Positions 19,734 through 29,084 of a stretch of DNA of 64,000 nucleotides are shown here, in pieces (positions within the stretch are counted from its first letter, which is position 1; each line of letters opens with the position of its first letter). Under the pieces are notes generated by a model. The model saw only the letters and a program-made list of their open reading frames with translations, made no database searches and had not been told where the DNA came from. Source of the stretch: Longimicrobiales bacterium (GTDB lineage Bacteria; Gemmatimonadota; Gemmatimonadetes; Longimicrobiales; Gaopeijiaceae); contig CAXXKM010000003.1 of NCBI GenBank assembly GCA_963664435.2, positions 288,001 to 352,000 of the forward strand, written 5' to 3'. The position numbers were made by a program, and so were the translations under genes.

Positions 19734-21004
19734 TGAGAGCGCAGCTGAATACCGTCAAAGAGGGAATCCGCATCGCACTGGAGGCGATTCGCGCGACCAA
19801 GATTCGAGCCGGTCTGACCATCACCGGGGTGGCGATCGGGGTAGGCGTGGTCGTGACCATGGCCGCGATGATCACGGGGATCCGTTCGAGCATACTCTCG
19901 CCGTTCGAAGCCGGCGGAGCCGATAATTTCTATCTCACCCCCTTCGACTTCACGGATGTCCGTCTGGTCGGCGACGGCAGCGGTCGCCCGCCCTGGTGGG
20001 ATCGTCCGGAGCTGACCCACGAGGAGATCGACCGGATCGAGCGTCTCCCGGCCGTCTCCGAGGCGATCGTCAACTTCGAGTTCTCACCGACGTTCTCGTT
20101 CGAGGGGCGTCGGGTGCGGGCGTTCCAGGGCAACGGGATGTCCGCCGGTTGGACGGCCGCCCAACCGGGTGAGTTCATTGCGGGCCGCAACTTCGTGCCC
20201 ACCGAGGTCGACCAGGGCCGCGCCGTGGTGGTGATTTCACCCGGGCTGGCCGAGGAACTCTTCGGCCAGCGCGATCCCATTGGCAGGAACGTTCGGGTGA
20301 CGGCGGGAAGGCGGTCCGTCAGCCCCCTGTTCCGGGTAGTGGGGGTCTATCGGGCGGACGACAACATCTTCGCCGAGACCATCGATCACTGGGCGGTGTT
20401 CCCCTGGACCGCCGCTGAGAAGCGACTCAAGGCCAGGAATCGCTTCAACTTCCTCATGCTGACGATCGTGCCGCGAGAACTGTTCGGCCGGGAGCAGGCC
20501 AAGGATCAGGTCACCACGGTCCTGCGTTCCATGCGGGGGCTCGGTCCGGCCGACGACAACAACTTTGCCCTCGTCGAGTCCCAGCAGATCGTCGAGTCGT
20601 TCAACCAGCTTACCGCTGCCTTCTTCCTGGTGATGATCGCCCTTTCGTCGGTGGCGCTGTTGGTGGGAGGGATCGGCGTGATCGGGATCATGATGATCTC
20701 CGTGACCGAACGGACACGTGAGATCGGCATCCGCAAGGCGGTTGGCGCCACGCGAAACGAGATCCTCTGGCAGTTCCTGGTGGAGGCGTCGGTGCTGACC
20801 TTCCTGGGAGGGGCGCTCGGTCTGGCGCTGGGCGCGGGCCTCGCGGACTTCATCGAAGCCAGGACTCCGATTCCGGCGTCCATCCCCTTCTGGTCGATCA
20901 TCGCCGCGCTCACCTCCGCCATCGTGACGGGGATGCTGTTTGGCCTCTTCCCCGCCCTGCGGGGCGCACGCATGACGCCGGTCAGGGCGCTGCGCTTCGA
21001 ATAG
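19733..21004 (+). CDS. MacB-like ABC transporter permease (second copy)
   Basis: TGATG coupling at 19731-19735, LLVGGIGVIGIMMISVTERTREIGIRKAVGA, FPALRGARMTPVRALRFE. No nucleotide-binding domain. Confidence 0.94.
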   Translation: MRAQLNTVKEGIRIALEAIRATKIRAGLTITGVAIGVGVVVTMAAMITGIRSSILSPFEAGGADNFYLTPFDFTDVRLVGDGSGRPPWWDRPELTHEEIDRIERLPAVSEAIVNFEFSPTFSFEGRRVRAFQGNGMSAGWTAAQPGEFIAGRNFVPTEVDQGRAVVVISPGLAEELFGQRDPIGRNVRVTAGRRSVSPLFRVVGVYRADDNIFAETIDHWAVFPWTAAEKRLKARNRFNFLMLTIVPRELFGREQAKDQVTTVLRSMRGLGPADDNNFALVESQQIVESFNQLTAAFFLVMIALSSVALLVGGIGVIGIMMISVTERTREIGIRKAVGATRNEILWQFLVEASVLTFLGGALGLALGAGLADFIEARTPIPASIPFWSIIAALTSAIVTGMLFGLFPALRGARMTPVRALRFE

Positions 21005-21094
21005 GAGGGCTTCGGGGCGGCAGCCGGGCCGCGGTTGCGCGCCCGACCAGGCCTTCCACCTTCGCTTGACGGCGTTGGCCGGCCCGTCCGCGCA

Positions 21095-21466
21095 TCAGAT
21101 GGCCGGCAACGCGCCGGATGCGGCTTGCCCGTCTCCGCCGAGGCAGCGCACGTCCACCACCAGCCGCCGCCAGCTCGGCACGCGATCGTTCCCGACGCGA
21201 AGGGCCGTCGCCCGGGTGCGTCCGCCCGCCCGCAGCCAGGGGCCCAGCCAGCCGCAGATCTCGGGAGGCAGGTAGCCCACGGGATCGCCCGCGGGCAGAT
21301 GCACCCACACCACGGCCTGGCCGCCATCCGGCGGATCGGGGATGAGCACCAGCGCGTCGCCGGGGCTGAGGGCGTCGAGATGCCGGTCGCGGCCCGCGAA
21401 GACGGTCCCGTGGACGGTCGAGCGGAACCGCGCCGGCGGGCCCGCGGGAAGTCGTGCCTGGCTCAT
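21095..21466 (-). CDS. Stand-alone HIRAN-domain-like protein
   Basis: TVHGTVFAGR...LSPGDALVLIPDP...VWVH...PVGYLPPEI..WL matches the HIRAN pattern (vaG..f, GD.L.L..ep, vGYlP). Confidence 0.65.
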   Translation of the reverse strand: MSQARLPAGPPARFRSTVHGTVFAGRDRHLDALSPGDALVLIPDPPDGGQAVVWVHLPAGDPVGYLPPEICGWLGPWLRAGGRTRATALRVGNDRVPSWRRLVVDVRCLGGDGQAASGALPAI

Positions 21467-21493
21467 CGGCGAGTCCCTGTTCGGATGCGCACC

Positions 21494-21522
21494 TTCAATC
21501 GAAACCCCGGGGCGGCTAAAGT
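21494..21522 (+). promoter_or_regulatory. Candidate sigma70-like promoter for iscS-mnmA
   Basis: TTCAAT-N17-TAAAGT about 46 nt upstream of the desulfurase ATG. Confidence 0.4.
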
Positions 21523-21568
21523 TAGGCGCTGGAACTCATCCCGCCATCAGCAGCCGACACCGTCTCCG

Positions 21569-22741
21569 ATGGACCGCCCCGCCCTCTATTTCGACCACGC
21601 CGCCACAACGCCCCTGCGATCGGAGGCGCTGGACGCCATGCGTCCCCACCTTTCCGGCGCCTTCGGCAATCCGTCGAGCGCGCACCGGTGGGGGCGGCAG
21701 GCGCGCGCCGCCCTGGAGGGCGCACGGGCGGAATGCGCGCGCTCTCTCGGGGCCGAGCCGGCGGAGATCGCCTTCGTGCGGGGCGGCACCGAGGCCGACA
21801 ACATGGCCGTGCTGGGACGCGCCGCGGTCGCGGTGGCCGCGGGGGAACGGCCGCGCACGATCGCGACCAGAATTGAGCATTCCGCTGTACGGGAAGCGTG
21901 CGACGAGGTGGCCGCGCGCGGCGGGGAGAGCGTGCACGTCGACGTCGACCCGACGGGCGACCTCGAAGAGGCCGGGCTGGCGAACGCGCTGTCGCGGGGC
22001 GCGTGCGTGCTCTCGGTGATGTGGGTGAACAACGAGGTCGGCACGGTGCTGCCGGTCGCGCGCGTTGCGGCCCGGGCGCGGGCGGCGGGGGTGGTGGTGC
22101 ACTCCGACGCGGTCCAGGCGGTGGGCAAGGTGCCGGTGAACTTCGGCCGGGCCGGACTCGACCTGGCTTCGATGAGCGCGCACAAGATCGGCGGACCCCG
22201 GGGGGTGGGGCTGCTCTACCGCCGCCGCGGCGTGGAGCTCGCCCCCCTTCTCTTCGGAGGCGGGCAGGAGCGGCGGCTGCGGCCCGGGACGGAGGACGTG
22301 GCGGGGGCGGTGGGTCTGGCGAAAGCGCTCACCCTGGCGGTTGAGGAACAAACCGAGGAAGCGGAGCGGCTGGCAGTGGAGCGCGACCGCCTCCAGGCAG
22401 CCATCGTCGATGCGCTCCCCGGCACGCGCGTGTTCGGCGCGGAAGGCCAGCGAGCTCCTCACCTGCTCAACCTTGGGTTCCCCGGGCTGGACGCCGCGCC
22501 TCTGGTGATCGCTTTCGACCTGGCGGGAGTGGCCGTATCCGGCGGATCGGCCTGCGCGTCCGGGAGCACCACCACCAGCCCGGTGCTGCGCGCCCTCTAT
22601 GGCGACGGGGCAGAGGGCCTGGCTTCCGTGCGCTTCAGCCTGGGTCGCACCACCACCTCCGCGGAGGTCAGCGAGGCCGCGCGCCGGACCATCGAGATCG
22701 TGAACCGCGCCCGCGCGCTCGCCGGCGCACGAGGAGGTTGA
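21569..22741 (+). CDS. iscS: Cysteine desulfurase (group I, IscS/NifS family)
   Basis: YFDHAATTP, FGNPSS.H, GGTEADN, HSDAVQAVGK, SAHKIGGP (PLP Lys), RPGTE, SGGSACASG (catalytic Cys). Confidence 0.93.
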   Translation: MDRPALYFDHAATTPLRSEALDAMRPHLSGAFGNPSSAHRWGRQARAALEGARAECARSLGAEPAEIAFVRGGTEADNMAVLGRAAVAVAAGERPRTIATRIEHSAVREACDEVAARGGESVHVDVDPTGDLEEAGLANALSRGACVLSVMWVNNEVGTVLPVARVAARARAAGVVVHSDAVQAVGKVPVNFGRAGLDLASMSAHKIGGPRGVGLLYRRRGVELAPLLFGGGQERRLRPGTEDVAGAVGLAKALTLAVEEQTEEAERLAVERDRLQAAIVDALPGTRVFGAEGQRAPHLLNLGFPGLDAAPLVIAFDLAGVAVSGGSACASGSTTTSPVLRALYGDGAEGLASVRFSLGRTTTSAEVSEAARRTIEIVNRARALAGARGG

Positions 22742-22743
22742 GG

Positions 22744-23904
22744 ATGTCCGCCGAGCGGATCCTGGTGGCCATGTCCGGAGGGGTCGACTCCTCGGTGGCG
22801 GCCGCGCTGCTGGCCGAGCAGGGGCACCAGCTCATCGGCGCGACCATGAAGACCTTCTGCTACCAGGAGGAGCCGGGACCGTCGCGCACCTGCTGCGGGC
22901 TCGACGGCATCATGGACGCGCGCCGGGTCGCCGACGCGCTGGGCATCCCCCACTACGTCTTCGACGTGGAGGAGGAGTTCACCCGCGACGTCATCGACGA
23001 TTTCGTCTCGGAGTACGCGCGCGGTCGCACACCCAACCCCTGCGTCCGGTGCAATTCCAACACCAAGTTCCGGGATCTTCTGCGACGGGGGGCGCTGCTC
23101 GGGTGCGATGCCGTGGCTTCCGGGCACTACGTGCGGGCCGGAGTCGTGGACGGCGAGACGGCTCTCTTCCGGGGACGCGACCCGGCCAAGGACCAGTCCT
23201 ACTTCCTGTGGGGCCTGCCCCGCGCGCTGTTGCCCCGCCTGAGGTTCCCGCTGGGCGAACTCACCAAGCCCGAGGTGCGCGCCCGTGCCCGCGAACTCCG
23301 CCTCGTCACCGCGGCCAAGCCCGAGTCGCAGGAGATCTGCTTCGTGCCCACCGGTGACTACCGCGACCTGCTGCGGCGCCGGCTCGGCGAGCGCCACGAC
23401 GCGCTCCGGCCCGGCAATCTGGTGGACACCCGTGGGCGGGTCGTGGGCCGCCACCAGGGCTACGCTTCCTTCACCGTGGGCCAGCGCCGCGGACTGGGCG
23501 GTGGCTTTGACCGCAGGGTGTACGTGGTCGAAATCCGTCCGGGCACGCGGGAGGTGGTGGTGGGCGCGAGAGAGGCGCTGGAGTGCCGCGAGCTGCGGGT
23601 CGGCGAACTCAACTGGCTCACGGCCCGGCCACCGTCTGACGGAACCGTCGTGCGCGCACAGCTGCGCTACCGGGCCCCGGCGGTGCCCGGCCGCGTTCAG
23701 CACGCCGGCAACGGTCTCGAGCTCGAACTGGAGGAGCCGGTGCTCGCGGTCACGCCCGGGCAGTCGGCGGTCTTCTTCGACGGAACCGGCCGGATCCTCG
23801 GCGGCGGACGCATCGCCACCGCGGCCATGGCGGGCGGAACCGCGGATGGACTCGCGGAGGCCGCCGCCGGCCGCGCGCGGGCGGATCGGCCCGCTCTTCG
23901 TTAG
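22744..23904 (+). CDS. mnmA: tRNA 2-thiouridine(34) synthase
   Basis: AMSGGVDSS PP-loop, TPNPCVRCN, ASGHY, KDQSYFL, KPESQEICF, FTVGQRRGLG, AVTPGQSAVF. Confidence 0.97.
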   Translation: MSAERILVAMSGGVDSSVAAALLAEQGHQLIGATMKTFCYQEEPGPSRTCCGLDGIMDARRVADALGIPHYVFDVEEEFTRDVIDDFVSEYARGRTPNPCVRCNSNTKFRDLLRRGALLGCDAVASGHYVRAGVVDGETALFRGRDPAKDQSYFLWGLPRALLPRLRFPLGELTKPEVRARARELRLVTAAKPESQEICFVPTGDYRDLLRRRLGERHDALRPGNLVDTRGRVVGRHQGYASFTVGQRRGLGGGFDRRVYVVEIRPGTREVVVGAREALECRELRVGELNWLTARPPSDGTVVRAQLRYRAPAVPGRVQHAGNGLELELEEPVLAVTPGQSAVFFDGTGRILGGGRIATAAMAGGTADGLAEAAAGRARADRPALR

Positions 23905-23972
23905 CGGATCGGCTGGACGCGGGACGAACCCGCCCCCGAGTTCCCGGGGTCGGTCAGCAGGCACCCCCCGCG

Positions 23973-24206
23973 TCAGTCCAGCGGTTGGGCCCCCTCCAGC
24001 AGCCGGAGCAGTTCGTCATCGTTCGCGCCGTTGACGAGAGCCTCCGCTCCGGCCTTCCCCGCCGGAATCTCCGCGACCCTCGCGCGCCTGGCGGGATCCG
24101 AACAGCAGCGGAAGACCACGCGCCCGGGGTGCGCGAGCCCGTGGCGGCCGGTGGTGGCGAAGGCTTCCCACCTGCGAAACGATCCGTCGCGAATCATGCG
24201 CTGCAT
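23973..24206 (-). CDS. Small hypothetical protein (77 aa) downstream of dnaJ
   Basis: Starts 10 nt after the dnaJ stop on the same strand. Globular-looking sequence (RRWEAFATTG...RVVFRCCSDP...DDELLRLLE). Confidence 0.65.
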   Translation of the reverse strand: MQRMIRDGSFRRWEAFATTGRHGLAHPGRVVFRCCSDPARRARVAEIPAGKAGAEALVNGANDDELLRLLEGAQPLD

Positions 24207-24216
24207 CTGATGACGC

Positions 24217-25332
24217 TCAGTAGTTGAGGTCGGCGACTTCCGCGAACTGGCGGATGGCTTCCCGGGCGTCGTCCGAAAGGGCCTCCGGGACCTCGACCTG
24301 GATTTCGACGATCTGATCGCCTACGCGCGACCCCTTCCGGATCCCGTGTCCACGCACGCGAAACCGCGCGCCCGGCTGGGTGCCGGCCGGGATCTTGAGC
24401 ACGACCCTCTTGCCGTGCACGGTCCTGACCCGAATGCGGGTACCCATGGTGGCCTGCGCGATGTTCAGGGGCACCGTGACGTGGATGTCCCGCCCCTCCC
24501 GCCGGAAGAATCGATGCGGCTTCACCTTGAAGGTGATGATCAGGTCGCCCGGAGCCCCTCCCCTGGCGCCGCGCTCGCCCTGGCCGCTCAACCGCACCCG
24601 GGAGCCCGTGTCCACGCCCCGCGGCACGGCAACCTCGATCTTGCGGTTCTGGCGCAGCGTTCCCGTCCCCTTGCAGGCGTCACACGGATCGGTGGGAATC
24701 CTGCCCCGCCCCAGACACGCCGGGCAGGGTCGCTTCACCGCGAATCCACCCTGTCCGAAGGAGACGGTGCCCGCTCCGGAGCACTCCTTGCAGCGGGTGG
24801 TGACGGTTCCCGGCCGGGCCCCGTTGCCGCCGCAGGTGGCGCACTCCTCGGTCATGGGCACGGTGATGGTGACGCGCCCGCCCGTCACCGCCACCTCGAA
24901 GTCGATGTCCACCACGTACTCGACCTCGTTGCCCTTGCGCGGGCCGGTGGAGGTCTCCCGGGTGGCCTTTCGGCCTCCGCGGTCGAAAATGGAGCCGAAG
25001 AGGTCGCCGAGCCCGCCCAGATCGTCGAAGGAGAATCCCTGCCCGGTCCCCGCCGGCCCGGCGCCCGGGGACGGCGGCCCCCGCCGGTTGCCGCCCAGGC
25101 CAAAGGCGCCCAGACGCCGCATCTGGTCGTACTGCTTGCGCTTGGCGGAGTCGGAGAGGACCGCGTAGGCCTCGCCTACCTCCTTGAACCGCTCGGACGC
25201 CGACGAATCGCCCTGGTTGGCGTCCGGATGGTATCGCTTCGCCAGCCGGCGATACGCCTTCTTGATCTCCTCGGGCGTCGCCTTCTCCGAGACGCCCAGG
25301 GCTTTGTAGTAGTCCTTCGTCGCCGGCGACAT
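24217..25332 (-). CDS. dnaJ: Molecular chaperone DnaJ
   Basis: [12 protein letters not shown] motif, G/F region, four CxxCxGxG repeats, C-terminal domain. Confidence 0.97.
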   Translation of the reverse strand: MSPATKDYYKALGVSEKATPEEIKKAYRRLAKRYHPDANQGDSSASERFKEVGEAYAVLSDSAKRKQYDQMRRLGAFGLGGNRRGPPSPGAGPAGTGQGFSFDDLGGLGDLFGSIFDRGGRKATRETSTGPRKGNEVEYVVDIDFEVAVTGGRVTITVPMTEECATCGGNGARPGTVTTRCKECSGAGTVSFGQGGFAVKRPCPACLGRGRIPTDPCDACKGTGTLRQNRKIEVAVPRGVDTGSRVRLSGQGERGARGGAPGDLIITFKVKPHRFFRREGRDIHVTVPLNIAQATMGTRIRVRTVHGKRVVLKIPAGTQPGARFRVRGHGIRKGSRVGDQIVEIQVEVPEALSDDAREAIRQFAEVADLNY

Positions 25333-25346
25333 CGACCGCGGCCGCT

Positions 25347-26096
25347 CTAGTCGTGCTTGCGCACGCTGACGCGCGCGGGCCGCACCAGGTGGCCCTCCAG
25401 CAGGTATCCCCGCTGCAGCACCATGTCCACCGTGTCGTCTTCCTCCTCCGAGGAGGCGGGGGCCATCATGACGGCCTCCATGACGTTCGGATCGAAGTCT
25501 TCGCCGGCCGGGTCGAGCACCTCGAGACCCGCATCCGCAAGCGCCCGCAGCAGCTTCCGTTCCACCAGGTCGACGCCCTCCACGATGTCCTGCACGGACG
25601 CGGTCTTCGGATCCAGCAGGGCGACCCGCTGAAGGTCGTCGACCGAATCCACCAGGCGCCGAACCAGGTCCGCCTGGGCGCGCGCCCAGGTTTCCCGCTT
25701 CTCGGCACGAACTCTCTTGCGATAGTTCTCGAATTCCGCCGCGAGACGCAGATGGCGGTCGTTGAGACGGTCGATCTCGCGTTCGAGATGCCCCCTGGGC
25801 CGGCCGGACCCGTCCGGGGCGTCCGCCAGGGGTTCGTCCCCGTCCGGGGAGTTCGCCGCGGGTTCGTCTTCGCCCCGGGAGTCCGCCGCGGGTTCGTCGT
25901 CGGCCCGGCACGCTTTTCCGTCGGCTTCGTCCCGCAGACCGCTCTCCGCGGAACCGTCATCCCGGGAAGTCTCGGGTCCGGGGGCATCGGCCCGGGCGAC
26001 ATTCGGCGATGCGCTCGGCTCGAATTCATCCCGCAGGTGCTTGGAACCGGCTTCGGACGCCTGGTCAATGTGGTTGTCAGAGGTGTTCGGGCTCAT
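25347..26096 (-). CDS. grpE: Nucleotide exchange factor GrpE with extended acidic N-terminus
   Basis: [47 protein letters not shown]. Confidence 0.93.
   Translation of the reverse strand: MSPNTSDNHIDQASEAGSKHLRDEFEPSASPNVARADAPGPETSRDDGSAESGLRDEADGKACRADDEPAADSRGEDEPAANSPDGDEPLADAPDGSGRPRGHLEREIDRLNDRHLRLAAEFENYRKRVRAEKRETWARAQADLVRRLVDSVDDLQRVALLDPKTASVQDIVEGVDLVERKLLRALADAGLEVLDPAGEDFDPNVMEAVMMAPASSEEEDDTVDMVLQRGYLLEGHLVRPARVSVRKHD
25811..25910. repeat. About 3 imperfect 30-bp tandem repeats in the grpE N-terminal region
   Basis: Units begin ggttcgtc at 25831, 25861 and 25891 and encode [30 protein letters not shown]. Confidence 0.85.
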
Positions 26097-26401
26097 CTCT
26101 CTCGATTCGAGTTGAGGCGTCGATTGCGCTTCGGGTTCGCAAGGATACCCCGGTACCGAACGAGATGTCCAGTGGGCCGGTTTTGCGCCACCCCGGGGGA
26201 CCGACCAGCGTTCCAGAGGGTAGATTCCGGCATTCTCCCCGGACAGTGTCCGTTCGTCCGGGAGCACGAACGTTATGACGGCGGAGGGAGGGAGGGCGTG
26301 GCACGTCGCGCCGGCGCGGAATCGCAGGTCGGGCCGAACGAGGAGCGTGGAGATGCGGAGAGCGCGTGGCGGCGGGTGACCGGCGCGTTCAACCGGGTGC
26401 C

Positions 26402-27112
26402 GTGACCGACCCTGCCCCCCGCATCGTGATCCTCGGATCCGGTCGGATGGGCCGGTCGATCGACGCGCTTGCGCGATCGCAGCGTTTCGACGTGCTGGCG
26501 CGGCTGGGGCGCCGTGATGTGGAATCGCGCCGGGCGGCGGCCCGGGACCGCCTCGCCGGCGCCGATGTCGCGCTCGAATTCACCGCGCCCGCGTCGGCGG
26601 CCTCCAACATTCGTTTGTGCGTGGAGGCGGGGTGTCCCGTCGTCTCGGGCACGACCGGATGGTCCGACCAGCTGCCCGCGGTCACCGCCCTGGTGAAGGA
26701 ACGCGGAGGGGCTCTGTTGTGGGCCCCCAACTTCTCCTTCGGGGCGGTCGCCCTCCAGCTGCTGGCGCACCGAGCGGGCGCACTCTTCGCCGGCGTCGGC
26801 GGCTTCGACACGCACGTGGTGGAAACCCATCACGCCGGCAAGCTGGACGCCCCGTCCGGCACGGCCATCGCCATCGAAACATCGCTGGGAGAGGGGCTGG
26901 GGCGGAACTCGCCCGTGACATCGATCCGCACCGGGCACGTTCCCGGCACACACGAAATATCGATCGACGGTCCCCGCGAACGACTCGTCCTGCGCCACGA
27001 AGCCCGCGACCGCGGCGTGTTCGCGGAGGGCGCGCTGCGGGCAGCGGCGTGGCTGGTCGGTCGCAGGGGCGTCTACACCATGCGAGACCTTCTCGCGGGA
27101 GAGGCAGGGTGA
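26402..27112 (+). CDS. dapB: 4-hydroxy-tetrahydrodipicolinate reductase
   Basis: GSGRMG, EFTAP, VVSGTTG, APNFSFG, ETHHAGKLDAPSGTA, HEARDRGVFAEGA. Confidence 0.95.
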   Translation: MTDPAPRIVILGSGRMGRSIDALARSQRFDVLARLGRRDVESRRAAARDRLAGADVALEFTAPASAASNIRLCVEAGCPVVSGTTGWSDQLPAVTALVKERGGALLWAPNFSFGAVALQLLAHRAGALFAGVGGFDTHVVETHHAGKLDAPSGTAIAIETSLGEGLGRNSPVTSIRTGHVPGTHEISIDGPRERLVLRHEARDRGVFAEGALRAAAWLVGRRGVYTMRDLLAGEAG

Positions 27113-27996
27113 AACACGAGATGCTCGGAGGATGCGGAACGGCGCTGGTGACGCCGTTCCGGGAATCGGGGGAGGTGGACGAGGCGGCGCTGCGGTCGCT
27201 GGTCGACTGGCAGATCGAACAGGGCGTCAACTTCCTGGTGCCGGCGGGCTCCACCGGGGAAACGGCGACGCTGTCGGTCGAGGAGCATGAACGGGTGGTG
27301 GCGGTCACCGTCGAGCAGGCCGCCGGACGCGTCCCCGTCATGGGGGGAGCGGGATCGAACAATACGGCCGAGGCGATCGAGCTCTCGCTCAGGATCGCGT
27401 CGACGGGCGTCACCCACCTCATGCACGTCTCGCCCCCGTACAACCGCCCGCAGCAGCGCGGGCTGATCGAGCACTTCACCGCAGTCGCCGACGCGGCGCC
27501 CTGCCCGGTCGTGCTCTACAACGTCCCGGGGCGCACGGGCAGCAACATCGCCGCCGCCACCACCCTGGCGCTGGCCGAACACCCCAACATCGTGGGGACC
27601 AAGGAAGCCGCGGGCAGCTGCAGCCAAGTCGCGGAGATCGCCCGCCACCGGCCGGCCGGATTCGCGCTGCTGTCGGGGGACGATTACATGACGGTCCCGT
27701 TCATGGCGCTCGGCGCCGACGGGGTGGTCTCGGTGGTCAGCAACGCCACCCCGCGCCCCATGTCCGAGCTGGCGGGCGCAATGGCGTGCGGCGATCTGCG
27801 GCGCGCGCGGTCCCTGCACTACCGCCTCGCCGACTGGATGCGGGTGGCGTTCGTGGAGTCGAACCCGGTTCCGGTCAAGGCGGCGCTGGGCATGATGGGC
27901 CGCATGCATCCCCGGGTCCGGCTGCCCCTCGCCCCGCTCGCCGAGGCCAATCGCGAGGCGGTCAGGGCGGCCGTGCGGGCCGCGGAGGGGACATGA
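27109..27996 (+). CDS. dapA: 4-hydroxy-tetrahydrodipicolinate synthase
   Basis: GTALVTPF, GSTGETATL, GAGSNNT, PYNRP, LYNVPGRT, GTKEA, LSGDD, ESNPVPVK. GTGA overlap with dapB. Confidence 0.96.
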   Translation: MKHEMLGGCGTALVTPFRESGEVDEAALRSLVDWQIEQGVNFLVPAGSTGETATLSVEEHERVVAVTVEQAAGRVPVMGGAGSNNTAEAIELSLRIASTGVTHLMHVSPPYNRPQQRGLIEHFTAVADAAPCPVVLYNVPGRTGSNIAAATTLALAEHPNIVGTKEAAGSCSQVAEIARHRPAGFALLSGDDYMTVPFMALGADGVVSVVSNATPRPMSELAGAMACGDLRRARSLHYRLADWMRVAFVESNPVPVKAALGMMGRMHPRVRLPLAPLAEANREAVRAAVRAAEGT

Positions 27997-28057
27997 GCCC
28001 GATGCAGGAGCGCATGAGCCCATGGCAGGAGCGCATGAGTCCATTGCAGGAGCGCAT
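27993..28057 (+). repeat. Three 21-bp tandem repeats at the dapD start
   Basis: atgagcccgatgcaggagcgc / atgagcccatggcaggagcgc / atgagtccattgcaggagcgc, encoding MSPMQER MSPWQER MSPLQER. Confidence 0.95.
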
Positions 28058-28898
28058 CGACGCGCTCCATGGCTGGCCCGCCGGAGAGGCTCTTCCGGAG
28101 GCCGCCGGTGAGATCGTGGGCGAGTTGCTGGGCCGCCTGGAGGCGGGTTCGCTCCGCGCCGCGGTGAAGGACGACGATGGCTCATGGACGGCGGTACCCT
28201 GGGTGAAGCGGGGCATCCTGGTGGCGTTTCGCAGCGGGCGCATCACGCCGGTCGCGGCCCCTGGCGGCGGTCCGGTCGATCCGGAATCCCCATCCGCCTT
28301 CCTGGACAAGCACAACCTGCCCGTGCGCCGCTTCGCCGCTGGCGAGGGCGTCCGGGTGGTGCCCGGCGGCTCGGCCGTCCGCCGCGGGGCCTACGTCGGT
28401 CCGGGGGTGGTGTGCATGCCCCCCATGTACGTGAACGTGGGCGCCTGGGTGGGAGCCGGCAGCATGATCGACTCGCACGCGCTCGTAGGCTCGTGCGCCC
28501 AGATCGGCGAACGGGTGCATCTGAGCGCGGCGGCCCAGATCGGCGGCGTCCTGGAGCCCGTGGGAGCCGCCCCGGTCGTGATCGAGGATGACGTGCTGGT
28601 GGGGGGCAACGCGGGCGTCTACGAGGGGACGGTGGTGCGTCGCGGCGCAGTCCTGGTCGCGGGGGTCGTCCTGACCCGGGGGACGCCGGTCTTCGACCTC
28701 GTGCGCGAGGAGGTGTATCGCGCCGGTCCCTCCCGGCCGCTCGAGATTCCCGAGGACGCCGTGGTCGTCCCCGGCGGGCGGGCGGTCACCCGGGAGTGGG
28801 GCCGCGCGCAGGGGCTGTCGCTCTATGCGCCGGTCATCGTCAAGTACCGGGACGCCGGAACGGATCTGGCCACCGCCCTGGAGGACTGGCTGCGCTAG
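27993..28898 (+). CDS. dapD: Tetrahydrodipicolinate N-succinyltransferase
   Basis: WVKRGIL, DK, RVVPGG..VRRGA, MPPMYVNVGAWV, VGSCAQIG, IGGVLEP hexapeptide region. Confidence 0.95.
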   Translation: MSPMQERMSPWQERMSPLQERIDALHGWPAGEALPEAAGEIVGELLGRLEAGSLRAAVKDDDGSWTAVPWVKRGILVAFRSGRITPVAAPGGGPVDPESPSAFLDKHNLPVRRFAAGEGVRVVPGGSAVRRGAYVGPGVVCMPPMYVNVGAWVGAGSMIDSHALVGSCAQIGERVHLSAAAQIGGVLEPVGAAPVVIEDDVLVGGNAGVYEGTVVRRGAVLVAGVVLTRGTPVFDLVREEVYRAGPSRPLEIPEDAVVVPGGRAVTREWGRAQGLSLYAPVIVKYRDAGTDLATALEDWLR

Positions 28899-29015
28899 CG
28901 CGCAGGCGACTCCTCCCGGCAATTACGCGGCGTAGCATCCCGTTCCGGACCACATCGCTCTGCGGTGCGGACGGTGCCCGCGTGGCGCGCCATCTTCACG
29001 GCCCACCGCCGGCAG

Positions 29016-29053
29016 ACGCTACCTGTAATGGGGATACCACTACCGGTAGTGGT
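29016..29053. promoter_or_regulatory. Perfect 18-bp palindrome plus a degenerate copy 21 bp upstream (NrdR-box-like tandem, or hairpin)
   Basis: accactaccggtagtggt at 29036-29053 and acgctacctgtaatgg at 29016-29031, in the convergent dapD/cinA gap. Confidence 0.4.
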
Positions 29054-29084
29054 TATCGCGGGAAACGCCCGGACCGGTGGCGAC

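Noticed and set aside
26097..26400. CIRCE heat-shock operator upstream of grpE
   Set aside because: No TTAGCACTC-N9-GAGTGCTAA match. Only weak GC-rich hairpins are present.
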